NCBI RefSeq assembly: GCF_963921235.1
Contig: NC_086097.1
Coordinates: forward strand, 122,824,001-122,888,000
Length of the DNA: 64,000 nucleotides
Direction of reading: 5' to 3'
From: Mobula hypostoma
Lineage: Eukaryota
Positions 47,180-58,949 of this stretch are shown piece after piece (within the stretch, counting starts at the first letter, position 1; every line of letters begins with the position of its first letter). The notes below the pieces were generated by a model, which saw nothing but the letters and a program-made list of their open reading frames with translations, did no database searches and had not been told where the DNA came from. The position numbers were made by a program, and so were the translations under genes.

Positions 47180-49126
47180 GGGGCGTCACGTGATGACGTG
47201 GGATTGAGATGTGTAAATCCAGCTATCCCGTAAAAAATCAGCAAAGTACCATTAAACAAAGTAAAGTTAATAAATACTTTCCGAAAACTACTTATAAACT
47301 TCGTAAGACTACTCTATGATATGCCTCGTAAACCGCAACAGAAGAAGTCTGTTGTTGTGAAGTCGCCGCGAGATGGGAAGGAAAAAGGGCCTACTGCACC
47401 GATGGAGCCTCGGATTCAGGTTGGATCTCCTTCGGAGGAGATGCATTTTATCTCTGATGTAGAAGAACAGGGAGCAATGGCGGCTGTAGCGGTCTCTCAG
47501 AAGAAGATGCTGGAAATGCGCACGTGCAAAGAAGTACGCATGCGCAAATCGACACAACTTAAACTACAAGAACCGACGGCCACTGCGACTGAAAGTGACT
47601 CAAAGTCAGAATTGGGTTCCGCAGAGAATACAGATGAAGAAGAGGAGGAAGAACTGGAAGAGACTGGAAGTAAAGGCGACGACGGAGACATAAGAGAGGC
47701 TTTATTGCAATTAACGGCTGAACTAAGAAAATTAAGAACAGAGCTTAGAGACGTGAAGATGTGCTATGATAAAGCTATGAAAAGACAGGATAAAATGGAT
47801 AAGAAACTTCAGAAGATGGAAAAAACAATGGAGCATATTAACGATAGAATGAAAAAAACAGAAAATGATGTGTTCGTCTGGAACATGGAAAGAAATCGAC
47901 TCTTGAAGAAAGTGGACGTGTTGGAAAATATTGGTAGACGTAATAATATTAAAATTGTTGGTCTTAAAGAAGGTATAGAGGGAGATAATCCAATAGAACT
48001 TTTTCAAAGATGGATCCTGAAAACCTTGTAAATGAAAGAGGAAGACCAATCAATTGAAATTGAGCGGGTACATAGAGCTCTAAGACCAAAACCACAAGAT
48101 GAACAATATCCACGATCAATTTTAATCAAATTCTTAAGATTTCAAGACAAAGAAAGGATTCTACAGGTGGCTGCCCAAGCTGCCAAGAAGAGAAAAGGGC
48201 CACTGATGATAGAAGGGAAGAAAATTATTTTCTACCCTGACATAAGTTATGAACTTTTGAAGAAAAGGAAGAAATTTAATTCAGTGAAAAAAGCCCAATG
48301 GGATCACGGTTATCAATTTATATTGCATTATCCTGCAACCTTGAAGATTTTTTTGACTGGTGGAGAAAAAAGATTTTTTGACGATTACCGGAAAGCAGAG
48401 GAGTTTGTGCGAGATTCTTTGAATATTTACCAGATACAAGAACAAACCTAGGGGAGCGAGATGGATTGAAGATGAAGACTGGATTAAGGAATAGACCTGT
48501 TGGATTTTTAGGCGCATGAATATATAAATATATTACTAATTATATGAGGGAGGGGAAGAAAGGTTAAAATTTGAAGAATACTAGCTGGGAATAATGACAT
48601 TAATTTCTTTTTTATATATATACAATTTTTTTGTTACGGGGGAACTGGAAGAAACACTGACCAATCGCTACATTATTCATGTGTGCGAACGTGGCAACGG
48701 ACACGACCCGCAAAATGGAGGGGGGTAGTGTTGTGTATCTTTTCATTCACAACATTAGTGGGGGGGTATTTTGTTTTTTCAGTTTTTGTATCTCTTTTTT
48801 TTTGCCTGGATGATTGGGAGGGAAACATGGTGAAGCAACATGGTGAAGTTCAAAGAGATTCCCCAGGGAACTATGAGAGTTGAGAAGTTAAGTAATGTTT
48901 TAGATATGATAAAGATCTTGGTTCCTTGGGGAAAGTAACAAATATATATAAAATTTATTTTTAATCCCATGAAGCATGCATAAACCTTCCAATATTCAGG
49001 TGGTTCTTTTTTTTTCTCTTTTTTTTCCTTTTCTTTTTAGGTAATAGTATATACGGGGGGGGGGAGGGTAGATATTTTTTTCTCTTGTATTTACTTTAAA
49101 AACTCAATAAAAATTATATTTAAAAA
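47180..49126 (+). mobile_element. ORF1-only L1-clade retroelement (HAL1/half-L1-like), apparently full length
   Basis: 15-bp TSD AAAGTGACTGTGTCC (47165-47179, 49127-49141); G-rich 5' start; ORF1; AATAAA at ~49106 and A-tail; no ORF2. Confidence 0.88.
47321..48451 (+). pseudogene. L1 ORF1p (coiled coil-RRM-CTD) with one in-frame stop
   Basis: LENIGRRNNIKIVGLKEG, IERVHRAL, PRSILIKF, IFYPDIS, LHYPATL. Single TAA at 48029-48031 between two same-frame ORFs. Confidence 0.9.
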
Positions 49127-50789
49127 AAAGTGACTGTGTCCTTCCGTCAAGAAGTTGAAGAGAGAAGGAGTCAAAGAGTTACAGAGAGGAGTGTTGAGTC
49201 CCAGCAAGGACTCAATCAGCCATCAGCCTCTGAGGGACGATCATGTTAAATGCTGAGCTGAAGTCGATGAGCGTACAAGGCATTGTTTTCCAGGTGGGCC
49301 AGGCTGGGGAGAAGGAAAACTAGAAAGGGTCCAATGTAGCTGGATTTTATGCAATCCATTACCAGCCACTGAAAGCACATCATGATTGTTCTGGTTGGTA
49401 CCACTGGGCAGTAATCATTTAGTCCAGTACCGTCACTCTTTGAGCACCGAAATGATGGTGGCTGCCTTGAAGCCTGCAAGACCAGTGGACTGTTGCAAAG
49501 AATGTTAAAGATGTCCGTTAAGACTTCTGTTAGCTTGGCTATACAATTCATCAGCACATGACCGGGTATGTTGTCCAGCCTCGCAGCTTTGCATGGGTTT
49601 ACTCTGACTAGGATCCTGTTCACCTCAACTACAGCCAGACAGGTTGTCTGTTCCTCAGCGGGAGAGGGGGCTTTCCTCAATGTCACTTCAGTCATTGCAT
49701 CAAATTGTGCACAGAAGGCATTCAGCCCATCAGAAAGGCAGGCACCACTGTTGTTGGCACGTAAGGTAGACTTGTAATCTGTTATAGTTTGAGTACCTTG
49801 CCACATGCCACTTGCTAATTGTCCCTGGTGTCACAAAGCTGACTGTGAATTTTCTATGAGTACTATCACTTTGACTTCCTGATGGCATGGGAAAATGCAG
49901 CTCCTACTGGCCATAGATTTGTCTTATCTCCACGCCACCCCCCCCCACCCCGATCTGAAGGCAGCGTCCCGATCCCTAAATCTTGAACCTCTGCAGTCAG
50001 CCAAGGTTTCTAATTTGCGCTGGCAGTGTAGTGTTTAATCACAGTAACATCCTCAATGCATTGTTCTAAATAGCTAGTCACCGATCCCGCATACCCATCA
50101 AGGTAGACGTATTGATCATAGGTAGCTGCCTCCCTGAACATGCTCCAGTCCGTGCTTTTGAAATAGGAATAAGACATAGGAACAGATTTAGGTTATTCAC
50201 TCCACCGAGTTACCTCCCTCTTAATTTCCTTCTTAACCCATTCTCCTGCCTTCTCCCCATAACTTTTGATGTCCTTACTAATCAAGAACCTACCAACCTC
50301 CACTGTAAATATTTTATTTTTTATTTAGAGATAGAGCGTGGAATAGACCCTCTGGCCCTTTGAACTGCACCAGCCAACAACCTCCGACAACTCTGCTTTA
50401 ACCTTAACCCAATCAGGTGACATTGTGTAATAACCAATGAACCAACCCAGTACGTCTTTGGATGTGGGAGGAAATCACACTGAGAAAACACACTGATACC
50501 ACCGTGAGACAAGAAAATCTGCAGTTGCTGGAAATCCAAGCAGCACACACAAAATGCTGGAGGAATTCAGCTCTAATTTCTCATCTTTTTTTCCTGTCCT
50601 GATGAACGGTGGTCGGCCCAAAATGTCCACTGTTCGCTCTTCTCTGTAGGTGGTGCCTTGACCTGCTGGATTCCACAGGGAGGATGTTCAGCGATTCCCT
50701 GCAGAGGATGCTGGGAGTAAACTCTGAACTCCGACTCCCTGTGCTGTAACAGCGGCGCGCTACACTGCACTACCATGGTGCCCGAAGAT

Positions 50790-51190
50790 GGCTTCCACAG
50801 CCATTTGCAGTAATGAATTCCACAAGTTCATCACCTCTAGCTAAACAATTTCTTCCTTATCTCTGTTCTAAAGGAATGTCCTTTTATTCTGATCCCAGAC
50901 ATTCCTCAAGTCCTAAACTCCCCCTCTATAAGAGACATCCCCTCCATGACTACTCTATCTAGGCCTTTCAATATTCGATAGGTTTCAATTAGATTCCCCC
51001 CCATTCTTCTAAACTCCAAAGAGTACAGGCCCAGAGCCATCAAACACTCCTTACATGTTAACCCTTTCATTCTTGGGACCATTCTCGTGAACCTCCTCTG
51101 GACACTCTCCAATGCCAGCATATCAGTTCTTAGCTGACAATTTTCCAAATGCAGCATGAAGAGTGCCTCATAAAGCCTCAGCATTACATG
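50790..51190 (-). mobile_element. CR1 LINE 3' fragment
   Basis: ORF 50906-51220 LESVQRRFTRM..LGLYSLEFRR. Confidence 0.85.
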
Positions 51191-51389
51191 TTTGCGCAGG
51201 CGCAGCTGCATGACAGGCACTTGGCATCATATAAGAGAGAAGCATAAATTAAGCATGAATTACACATAACTTTTACCAGAAGAACACCACTAGAACAAAA
51301 AAAAACTGTCCATTTTAGTGCAAGGTGATCAAAGTGTGATTAAGTGGGTGGAGATCATGTCTGTTAAGCCTGTTATTGGTTTTGAAGAT

Positions 51390-51910
51390 GCAAACAGTAA
51401 ATGAGGAGGAACCAGCAGATCTGGAAAATTGAGATTTTTGGTGTCATACTGGAGAGTGCCCAATGCCCACACCAAGGTGAAGCTCTGTCCTGTCCACGCT
51501 CTTGTACGGGTCACAGTGCCGACGCTTGACCTTGCCAAGCTGTCATCATTCCACACCATGAGTTCCAGAAGATCCTTCGTATTTTCTGGCCAAGAAACAT
51601 CTCCAACCATGCCCTACTCCTTCAGTGTCACCAAGAGGGAGTGGCCACGATCATCTTGAGGAAATGTTGGAGATGGATTGGGCATGTGATGAGAAGAGGA
51701 GCCAACTCCATCATCAAGACAGCACTTCACTGGAGCCCTGAAGAGAACGGGAAACACCGGAGACCAAAGACAACTTGGCACAGTACCACAGAGGCAGAAA
51801 TGAGGACCCTGAACCACACCTGGCGTGCAATCGAGAAGACAGCCAAGGACAGACAGAGATGGAGGAACTTCATTGCTGCCCTAAATACCAGTGGCGTAAC
51901 GGGCAGTAAG
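51390..51910 (+). mobile_element. RTE-clade LINE 3' fragment
   Basis: WRWIGHVMRR..IIKTALHW..GKHRRPKTTW..AKDRQRWR. Confidence 0.8.
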
Positions 51911-53076
51911 ACTAGAGGGAGTTACACAAAGTTGGCTTCATTCACCTCAGGGAAATCTATCATAAATTAAGAATTAGTCAATAGTTAAATACACAATGCC
52001 TAGAAATAAATAACCATTTTTCTGATGGGAGGCTATAACTAGATTGCCACAAGGATCAGTGCTTCACAATAGCATTTTAAAAATTTAGACAAGGGACTGA
52101 GTGGCATACACTCAGTAGCCTCTTTATGAGGTACCTCAGGTCATAAAGTGGCCACTGAATGTACCTTTGTAGTCTGCTATTGCTGTAGCCCATCCACTAC
52201 AAGGTTAGATTAGTTGTACATTCAGATATGGTCTTCTGCACACCTCTGTTGTAATATATGGTTATTTGAGTTACTGTTACTTTTCACACTGGTCCTGAGA
52301 GTACACTTTAAGAGGACAGGTCTTTGAGCAGGACCTAGCCGCCTGCTCTGGACCACAATCTTCAATGCATTGGGAGTTAACTGCAGCCTTGATAGGAGGT
52401 TTTCCTGCTTCTGCATACCACTGTTGTTATTGAAGTTACTGTCATTTTCCTGTCGGCTTGAACCAGTCTGGCCATTCTCCTCTGACCTCTCTCACTAACA
52501 AGGTATTTTCGCCCACAGAACTGCCGCACAGTGGATTTTTTTCTGTCTCTCACACCATTCTCTGCAAAATCTAGAGGCTGTTGTGTGTGAAAATCTCAGC
52601 AGATTGGCAGTTCTATGGTACTTAAACGACCCTGCCTGACACCAACATTCATGCTATGGTCAAAGTCACTTAGCTCACCCTTTGAGGTTTATGGACAATC
52701 CCTCTCACCCCCTCCATGACATACTGGACAAACAGAGGGGCACCTTTAGTAACAGACTGATTCGACCGAGGTACAGCACTGAACGCCACAGGAGATCCTT
52801 TCTCCCTGTGGTTATAAGATTCTATAACTCCTCCTCCTTAAGTATTTAAGTATATGGTTTCATTGCACATTTGTATTTTGCACTGTTACTTTTTAATGCA
52901 AGTTTTGTATTCTTTTTTATACCTCAATGCTTATATTTTGTATTTTAAGATATATGTTCTGACTGAGCAACCTTGCAACAATAATTTCCTTCGGGATAAA
53001 TAAAGTTTTATCTTATCTTATCTACTATTCAATAATTTCATGTATTGATCTGCTCTTCATCTTATCTTTATTACAG

Positions 53077-53163
53077 AAGAAACTTCACTGAAGAATCATT
53101 CGAGTCAGCCCTATTGTTCTTAAATATTTCAATACTACTTTTCTTAACTGCAGTGATGATAGG
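53077..53163 (+). CDS. Candidate exon of host gene (starts phase 2; donor uncertain, 53103 or 53163)
   Basis: Acceptor ttatctttattacag; frame RNFTEESFESALLFLNISILLFLTAVMIG. Both possible donors are weak and both are phase 2. Confidence 0.3.
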
Positions 53164-54639
53164 GTCAATTTGTTTAATTATAACTCATGAATTACTCTCC
53201 TTACCTCAGAAATCTCAAGGAGTGCTACCACAAGAGACCAGCATCCACCATGAAGGATATCCACCATCCAGACCATGCTCTGTTCTCGTTGCTGCCATCA
53301 GGAAGAAGGTACAGGACCCTTACATCCCACACCACTAGGTTTAGTGACAGTTATTACCCTTCAACCATCAGGTTCCTGAACCAGCATGGATAACTTCACT
53401 CACTTCAATTCTGCACATACAATGGACTCACTTTCAAAGCCCCTACAATTCATGTTCTCAGTATCATTTGTTTATATATCTATCTCTCTATCTATCTGTT
53501 CATCTATTTACTTATTTACTTACTTTTTTATTTGCATAGTTTGTCTTCTTTTGTACATTAGTTGTTTGTCAGTCTTTGTGTGTGGTTTTTCACTGATTCC
53601 ATTGTATTTCTTTATTCTACTATGAATCTTGAGGTAGAATATGGTAAGATATACATATTTGGATAATAAATTTTCTTTGAAGTTGAACTCTAAACTAGAA
53701 TTCAACCCAGTGGATCTTGTCCGAAAGGCCTTTAATGCAAACCATTACTCCTTAGAAGAGGACACCAGAACTGTACACAGCCCCCTTGTTGTTGAAGGCA
53801 GCATCCCATTTTCTTTCCTAAACACCAGTTTTCACTGCACACTTCACTTGTGTGTTTCAGTCATGACAGCAGCCAGCATTCCCTGCTATATTTGTATCAT
53901 TGGTAAACACGGCTATGATAAATTCAGTTCCTTCAATCAAGTCATGAATGTATATTGTAAGTAGTCTGATCTGGGCGATACTGATTCTTGTGATCGCATT
54001 TACAGGTTGCCAACATGAAAATTACTTTAATCACAACTCTGCTTTCTGATAGCTAAACCTATATCAATCTTAATATATTACCTGAACTTCATAAGTTCAT
54101 ATTTTTTATCAAATGCCTTTTGGAAATCAAAATATATCATATATACTGGTTCCAATCTCAGAAAAACTCATTTAAAAATGCCAAACTGATTTTTCTCTCT
54201 TGAAAACCTGTTTTTATTATGACTTTCTAAAGCTTCAGCTGTTATTTCCTTAACAATAGCTTTCACATTTTCTGATGGCAGATCTGCCTGATCTTCAGCT
54301 TCTTGCTGTCCATTTCATCCTTTGCTCAAATTGAAGGATTACATTTATGATTTTTCTTGACTGGCTAGGATTTTTCCAAGGTCCAGGGAACTTTGGAAGA
54401 TCATAACCAAAGCATCCACTATCCAGGCAGCCTCTTCTTTGAGACTCTTTGATGCCAGCCATCATTTGCAAGGAGACTTGTAAGTTTTCAGCCCCTTTAG
54501 TTTGCCCAATATTTTTACTGTAGTGACAATGCTTGTTTTAAGTTATTCCCCTCCTTTGGTTTTTATATCTTCATTTTGAGATTATTGCACGCTAGTTCTT
54601 TTTATTACCTTAAACAGCTGTGATGTTTCTGCTGCTGGT

Positions 54640-55560
54640 CCATTGAATCATCAGCCAGATCCATCCGTCTTCAGACGTTTCACCCCCTAACCAGAACATC
54701 CTCAGGCTGGTGGGACAGCAGAAGGTGATCAGTCTTCTACCACCGACGGCCAGACATCCAGCTACTGTCGTCCCTTCGCAGCCAAAGCCAACTGGCCGCT
54801 CTCTCTGCTGCTTGGGCCATGGTGTTAATGGCTCTCTTCCTGGTTCTCCCTTGCATCCCTAAAGCTGCCATCATCTTCCAGCATGACATGGCGGGAAATC
54901 CTCTTGCCCCACTTCGACAGGAAAGTTCCACCTCTGCCAGCCTTGCTGTCTGCAGCCCACCACCAGGTCTTCGTACCACGCAAGCTTCCTCTCATGAGCC
55001 TCTTGGCATCGGGTCTCCCGTGGTACTGTTAGCTCTATCACCACGAGCTTCTTTTCACTCTCTGGTCGAAGTGGTCTCTACTATTGGTGGGAACGCCAGG
55101 TTCTTTCCAAGCTCGACCTTCATCTCCCAGTCCTTTGCCATGCTCAGGATACCGTCTCTACGCTTGTTTGTTGCTGCAGCATGTTCCCCGGTCCTGATGA
55201 GGTTGATGAAGTTTGGTTGGCTGTCCATTTTGTGGTCCTTTTTCCTCTCTGTCTCCAAAGTGTGGGCGAGTGCTCTCAAAACCTGGTCATGTTTCCATCT
55301 GTACCGTCCCTGGAAAAGGGCAACCTGGCATGAAGAAAGAATATGCTCTAGGTTGGCTGGTTTCTGGCACAGATGGCACATTGGGTCTTCTGTTATTCCC
55401 CAGTTCCGTAAGTTTGTTGGAGTTGGTAATACATTGTACATAGCCCTCAGTAAGAACTGGAGTTGGAAAGATGTACATTTCCATATGTCAGCCCATGCCA
55501 ACACTCTCTGTTCTGTTTCCCACTTTGTCCAAGTCCCTTGACTCCCCATCTCCACTGCTC
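54640..55560 (-). mobile_element. Hero-like non-LTR retrotransposon 3' part (restriction-like endonuclease type)
   Basis: QGTWTKW..LPTPTNLRNWG..CHLC..HILSSC..QGRYRWKHDQVL, then frameshifted LRP..VIELTVP..EAHERK..Y..GW..PVEVG..RGF. Confidence 0.85.
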
Positions 55561-56116
55561 ACACATATCTCACCTCCTCCTCTCACAAAATTCTCTCAAA
55601 AAATATTTTCTATTAGTAATTTCACTGTCATCCTCTAAAGCAGGGGTTTCCAAACTTCTTAATGCCATGGGCTCCTACCATTAACCTGCTGTAAAGGATT
55701 ATGGTTAAATTAACTTATTTCTTCTTTTGTTTATAATTGTAGAATCAGTTACTGTCTGCTTTTATATTTCTTGCTAATTTATTCTCAATATCTAATTTCT
55801 CTCCCTCTCTTCAGTTGTTAAGTCATTCTTTGTTTTGTTCCCATCAAAGTAAATTTACAGGGGTATCACTAGTTCGATCTTATTCTTTAATAATAGAACT
55901 ATCCCACCTCCTTTTCCATTCCACCTATCCTTCAGTAAAGCCAGGTACCCAGGAAGACATAATTCCTAATCATCAACTCAAGGATCGATTGAATTTGCCA
56001 TGTACATTTAAATGTATCAGCAATTTGCTGTGGTGTGTTGGCATGACATGCAATAAAAATCGACAACATGCAGCAAAAATTGACAAAATTCAACAATTAT
56101 ACAGAATAAAGAGTTA

Positions 56117-56729
56117 CAGTGGATTCCGATTAATTGGGACACATCAGTAGCAGAACATTTTGGCCCAATTAAGAGGCTGTCGCAATTAGTTGAAGTTTCA
56201 TGGAAATAGTTAAAAGGTATACTAAAGGCAAACTATTGTTTAACTGAGAAACAAGTTATGCATTTAAATGAAGTATAGAACAAATTAGAACACTACCAAT
56301 ATGACTACAGTTTGATTAAACTGCATATTAGTTCCTAATAGATATAGATGAAGGAATCCATCTGGCATTCTTTTGATTGACTATAAATGTACAAAATCAG
56401 CGCAAACACCTAATGCAGATGATGGACTGCCTTCATTGCCTTCCTGCATATAGTAAAAATAAAAAATAAATGGATCAAAAACCACTGCTTTTTGAATCAA
56501 TGTCCATCAGCCTAAATGGAGCTTACGCGAATGATACTACTTAAAATCTGTTCACTCCGTAGTGTCTAATAGGTAGTTAGAAACTTTTCAGCAACAGTCT
56601 CCTGTCCCAATTAAGCAACATTATGTCCCAAATAAATGAAGGGAATTCTGGTTATTTTCTTGATTATGTTCTGTTGGAGTTACCCCAAATAAGCGATTAA
56701 CCGATGTCCCAATTAATTGGTATCCATGG
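56117..56729. mobile_element. Tigger/pogo-like MITE
   Basis: TIRs CAGTGGATTCCGATTAATTGGGACA / TGTCCCAATTAATTGGTATCCATGG, flanked by TA. Confidence 0.8.
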
Positions 56730-57155
56730 TATATAAAAATAAAGTTAGAAATACAGATATGGAATAAAATGTGATTTATAAAAACTGGTTTAAAGTGTTT
56801 ACAGTACAGTGACTGAGGTAATAGACAGAGGGGATGGGGGGTTTACTAGAACAATTGATCAGATTAACTGCCTAGCAGGACAAAAAAACTTTTAAGAAGG
56901 CACGAAGTCTTTGTTTTAATAACCTTATAGCACTTTCCAGAAGGGATATTTTGGAAAAGGCCGTTGGTTGGGTGGGTTCTGTCGGCAAGTGGACTTTTTC
57001 AAAAGCTCACTCAGCTCACTCTATCAGAGTCACCTTGCAATCATGCCTCCATAATGGTGAGCATCTCTTACTCATTTATTTCTCAGCTCTTATTAATTTC
57101 TTTGTAAAGCTGTGTGGATTCAGTCACAATGTCTTTAATTTTGTCTTCATTTCAG

Positions 57156-57182
57156 GCTTTTTTTCTCTGGCACTATTTGCAG
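57156..57182 (+). CDS. Candidate 27-nt micro-exon
   Basis: Acceptor ttttgtcttcatttcag, donor CAG|gtacac. Open in all three frames, so phase is unresolved. Confidence 0.3.
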
Positions 57183-57214
57183 GTACACTGTTATGCTTGT
57201 GCATCCTTCTCCTT

Positions 57215-57580
57215 TCATAATGCATGATGGCAGAGGGGAAGAAGCTGTTGTTTAAACGTTAAGAGTGCGTATGCAAGCTCTTGTACCTCCTCTCTGATGG
57301 CAACAATAAGAAGAGATCATGGCCTGGGTGATTGGAGGGGAGTGGAGGGTCCTTAATGATGGATGATGCCTTTTGGAGACATTGCCTTGTGAAGATAGTG
57401 GGGAAGCAAGTGCCCATAATGTAGCTGCCTGGTTTACAAACCTCTGCAGTGTAATCTGATCCTGTGCAGTTGCCCCTCCATACCAGATAGTGATACAACC
57501 AGTTTGAATGCTTTCCACAGTGCATCTGTAGAAATTTGCAAGTCTTTGGTGGCATATCAAATCTCCTCAAACTCCAAATG
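57215..57580 (-). mobile_element. Rex1/Babar-like LINE 3' fragment
   Basis: LANFYRCTVESI..GCITIWYG..KASSIIKD..LLPSERRYKSL. Confidence 0.75.
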
Positions 57581-58226
57581 ACATCCAGGCACTGATGTAC
57601 CCTCTTCCTTCCCCTTCCACTTCAAGTCCCACCCCATTCACGAGGAGATCTTATGAAACATGGCACTGGGCAGGCAACAAAACCTTCAAGGCAATGTTAA
57701 CAGTATCCTCCACCATAACATATTATGTTCATCAATGCACCTACTACCAACATACCTTTGAGATATGGGAGCAAAACAGAGCATGCTGATGAAATCTATG
57801 GTAAAGTAGAGCGTGTAGACTCCCCAAGGTCAGAACTGAACCATGGACCCACAAACTATATCTTCTTCTCATCCACAGAGAAATTACTTCAACAGAGCTT
57901 GAGTATAAATAAAAGGTATACTCTCACTCTTTCATTCCAAGTTACTGTTATATCACCTTCAAATTTCATATGGATAAATAAATAACTCTTATATTACTGC
58001 ATTTAGTGAACATATATCATGCCCTTGGCTTCATTATTGATAGAAGGGTATACTAATCATGGAGGGTTTACACTGGTGTTTCATCAGATTGATTTCTGGG
58101 ATGAATATGCATCCCTGCAAAAGAAAGGTTTTCATTTATATAGCAACCTTCACAGCTTCAAACCTCCCACAATGCTTTGTGCTTTTAAAAAAATTGGAAA
58201 ATATAAAAGTGATTGAGTATAATGTG

Positions 58227-58949
58227 TGCAAGCGGTTTCTTCTTTTATGTTACTGCGAAGGCTAATAAAATAGCTTCTTTGTTATGTTATAATAAAATGG
58301 CTTCTCTGTACTGTTAACTGCTGAGACAGTGGTTCCCTATAGCAGCATGCTTGGGTTATAATTACTGATAACGAGAATTGTATTCATTTGCTAACCAATT
58401 GGGATAGATGTTATTCTTTCATCTGTGTCTGTAAGCTATTGTTTTCCGGGGCTTTGGGCAGAAGGCGCGATGGGGACAGAGAGAGGAGATGCAATGCTGT
58501 AAGCTGGGCGAAGATCAGACCTATGAGGGAGTCCAAGGCCCAGGGCTTTTTGGGAGGAGAACTGAAGAGGAAGGATGTGCTGGACGCGCTCTGGTCGACC
58601 ACCATGGTTGGTCCCAGGCGGCGGGTCGAGAAGGTCAGAGGGGATCAAATGGTGGAAAGAAGACTCTGTTAATTGAGCTCCAATGGTTGTGCATGAAGTG
58701 GTTGAACTTTGATAAGTCTGGCACCTTTTACTTTCCTTTTATATTGTATCTTTATTAATTACATAGTTCCAGCAAGATCTATAAAGTGTAATCATTTAAT
58801 CACATATGGTGTGCTGTCTGTTATTTGGTGGGGTGGGGTACATCACTCAGCATCTACACCAACTTGATTACCCAGTTTGATGGGGCTGAAGGCTGCTCCC
58901 CCTAGACGGAAGCGAGCTGAGCGACCCTGAGGCTCATCAGGGGGCTACA
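58227..58949. mobile_element. Solo LTR (family of 19543-20243, opposite orientation)
   Basis: TG..CTACA with 4-bp TSD TGTG (58223-58226, 58950-58953); termini are the reverse complement of the 19543 LTR. Confidence 0.88.

Larger units (their letters stand above)
46715..50160 (-). mobile_element. Rex1/Babar-like LINE RT region, split by an L1 insertion
   Basis: ORF 49246-49806 (MWQG..ITDYK..KAARLDNIPG..LNDYCPV) and 46941-47189 (STGAHQGCVLSPPLF..IKFTDDTT). Confidence 0.85.

Noticed and set aside
54819..55541. 240-aa + strand ORF
   Set aside because: Antisense shadow of the Hero-like ORF.
58044..58127. Possible 84-nt exon (GYTNHGGFTLVFHQIDFWDEYASLQKK)
   Set aside because: Weak acceptor and donor; has a stop in the phase required by the neighbouring candidates.
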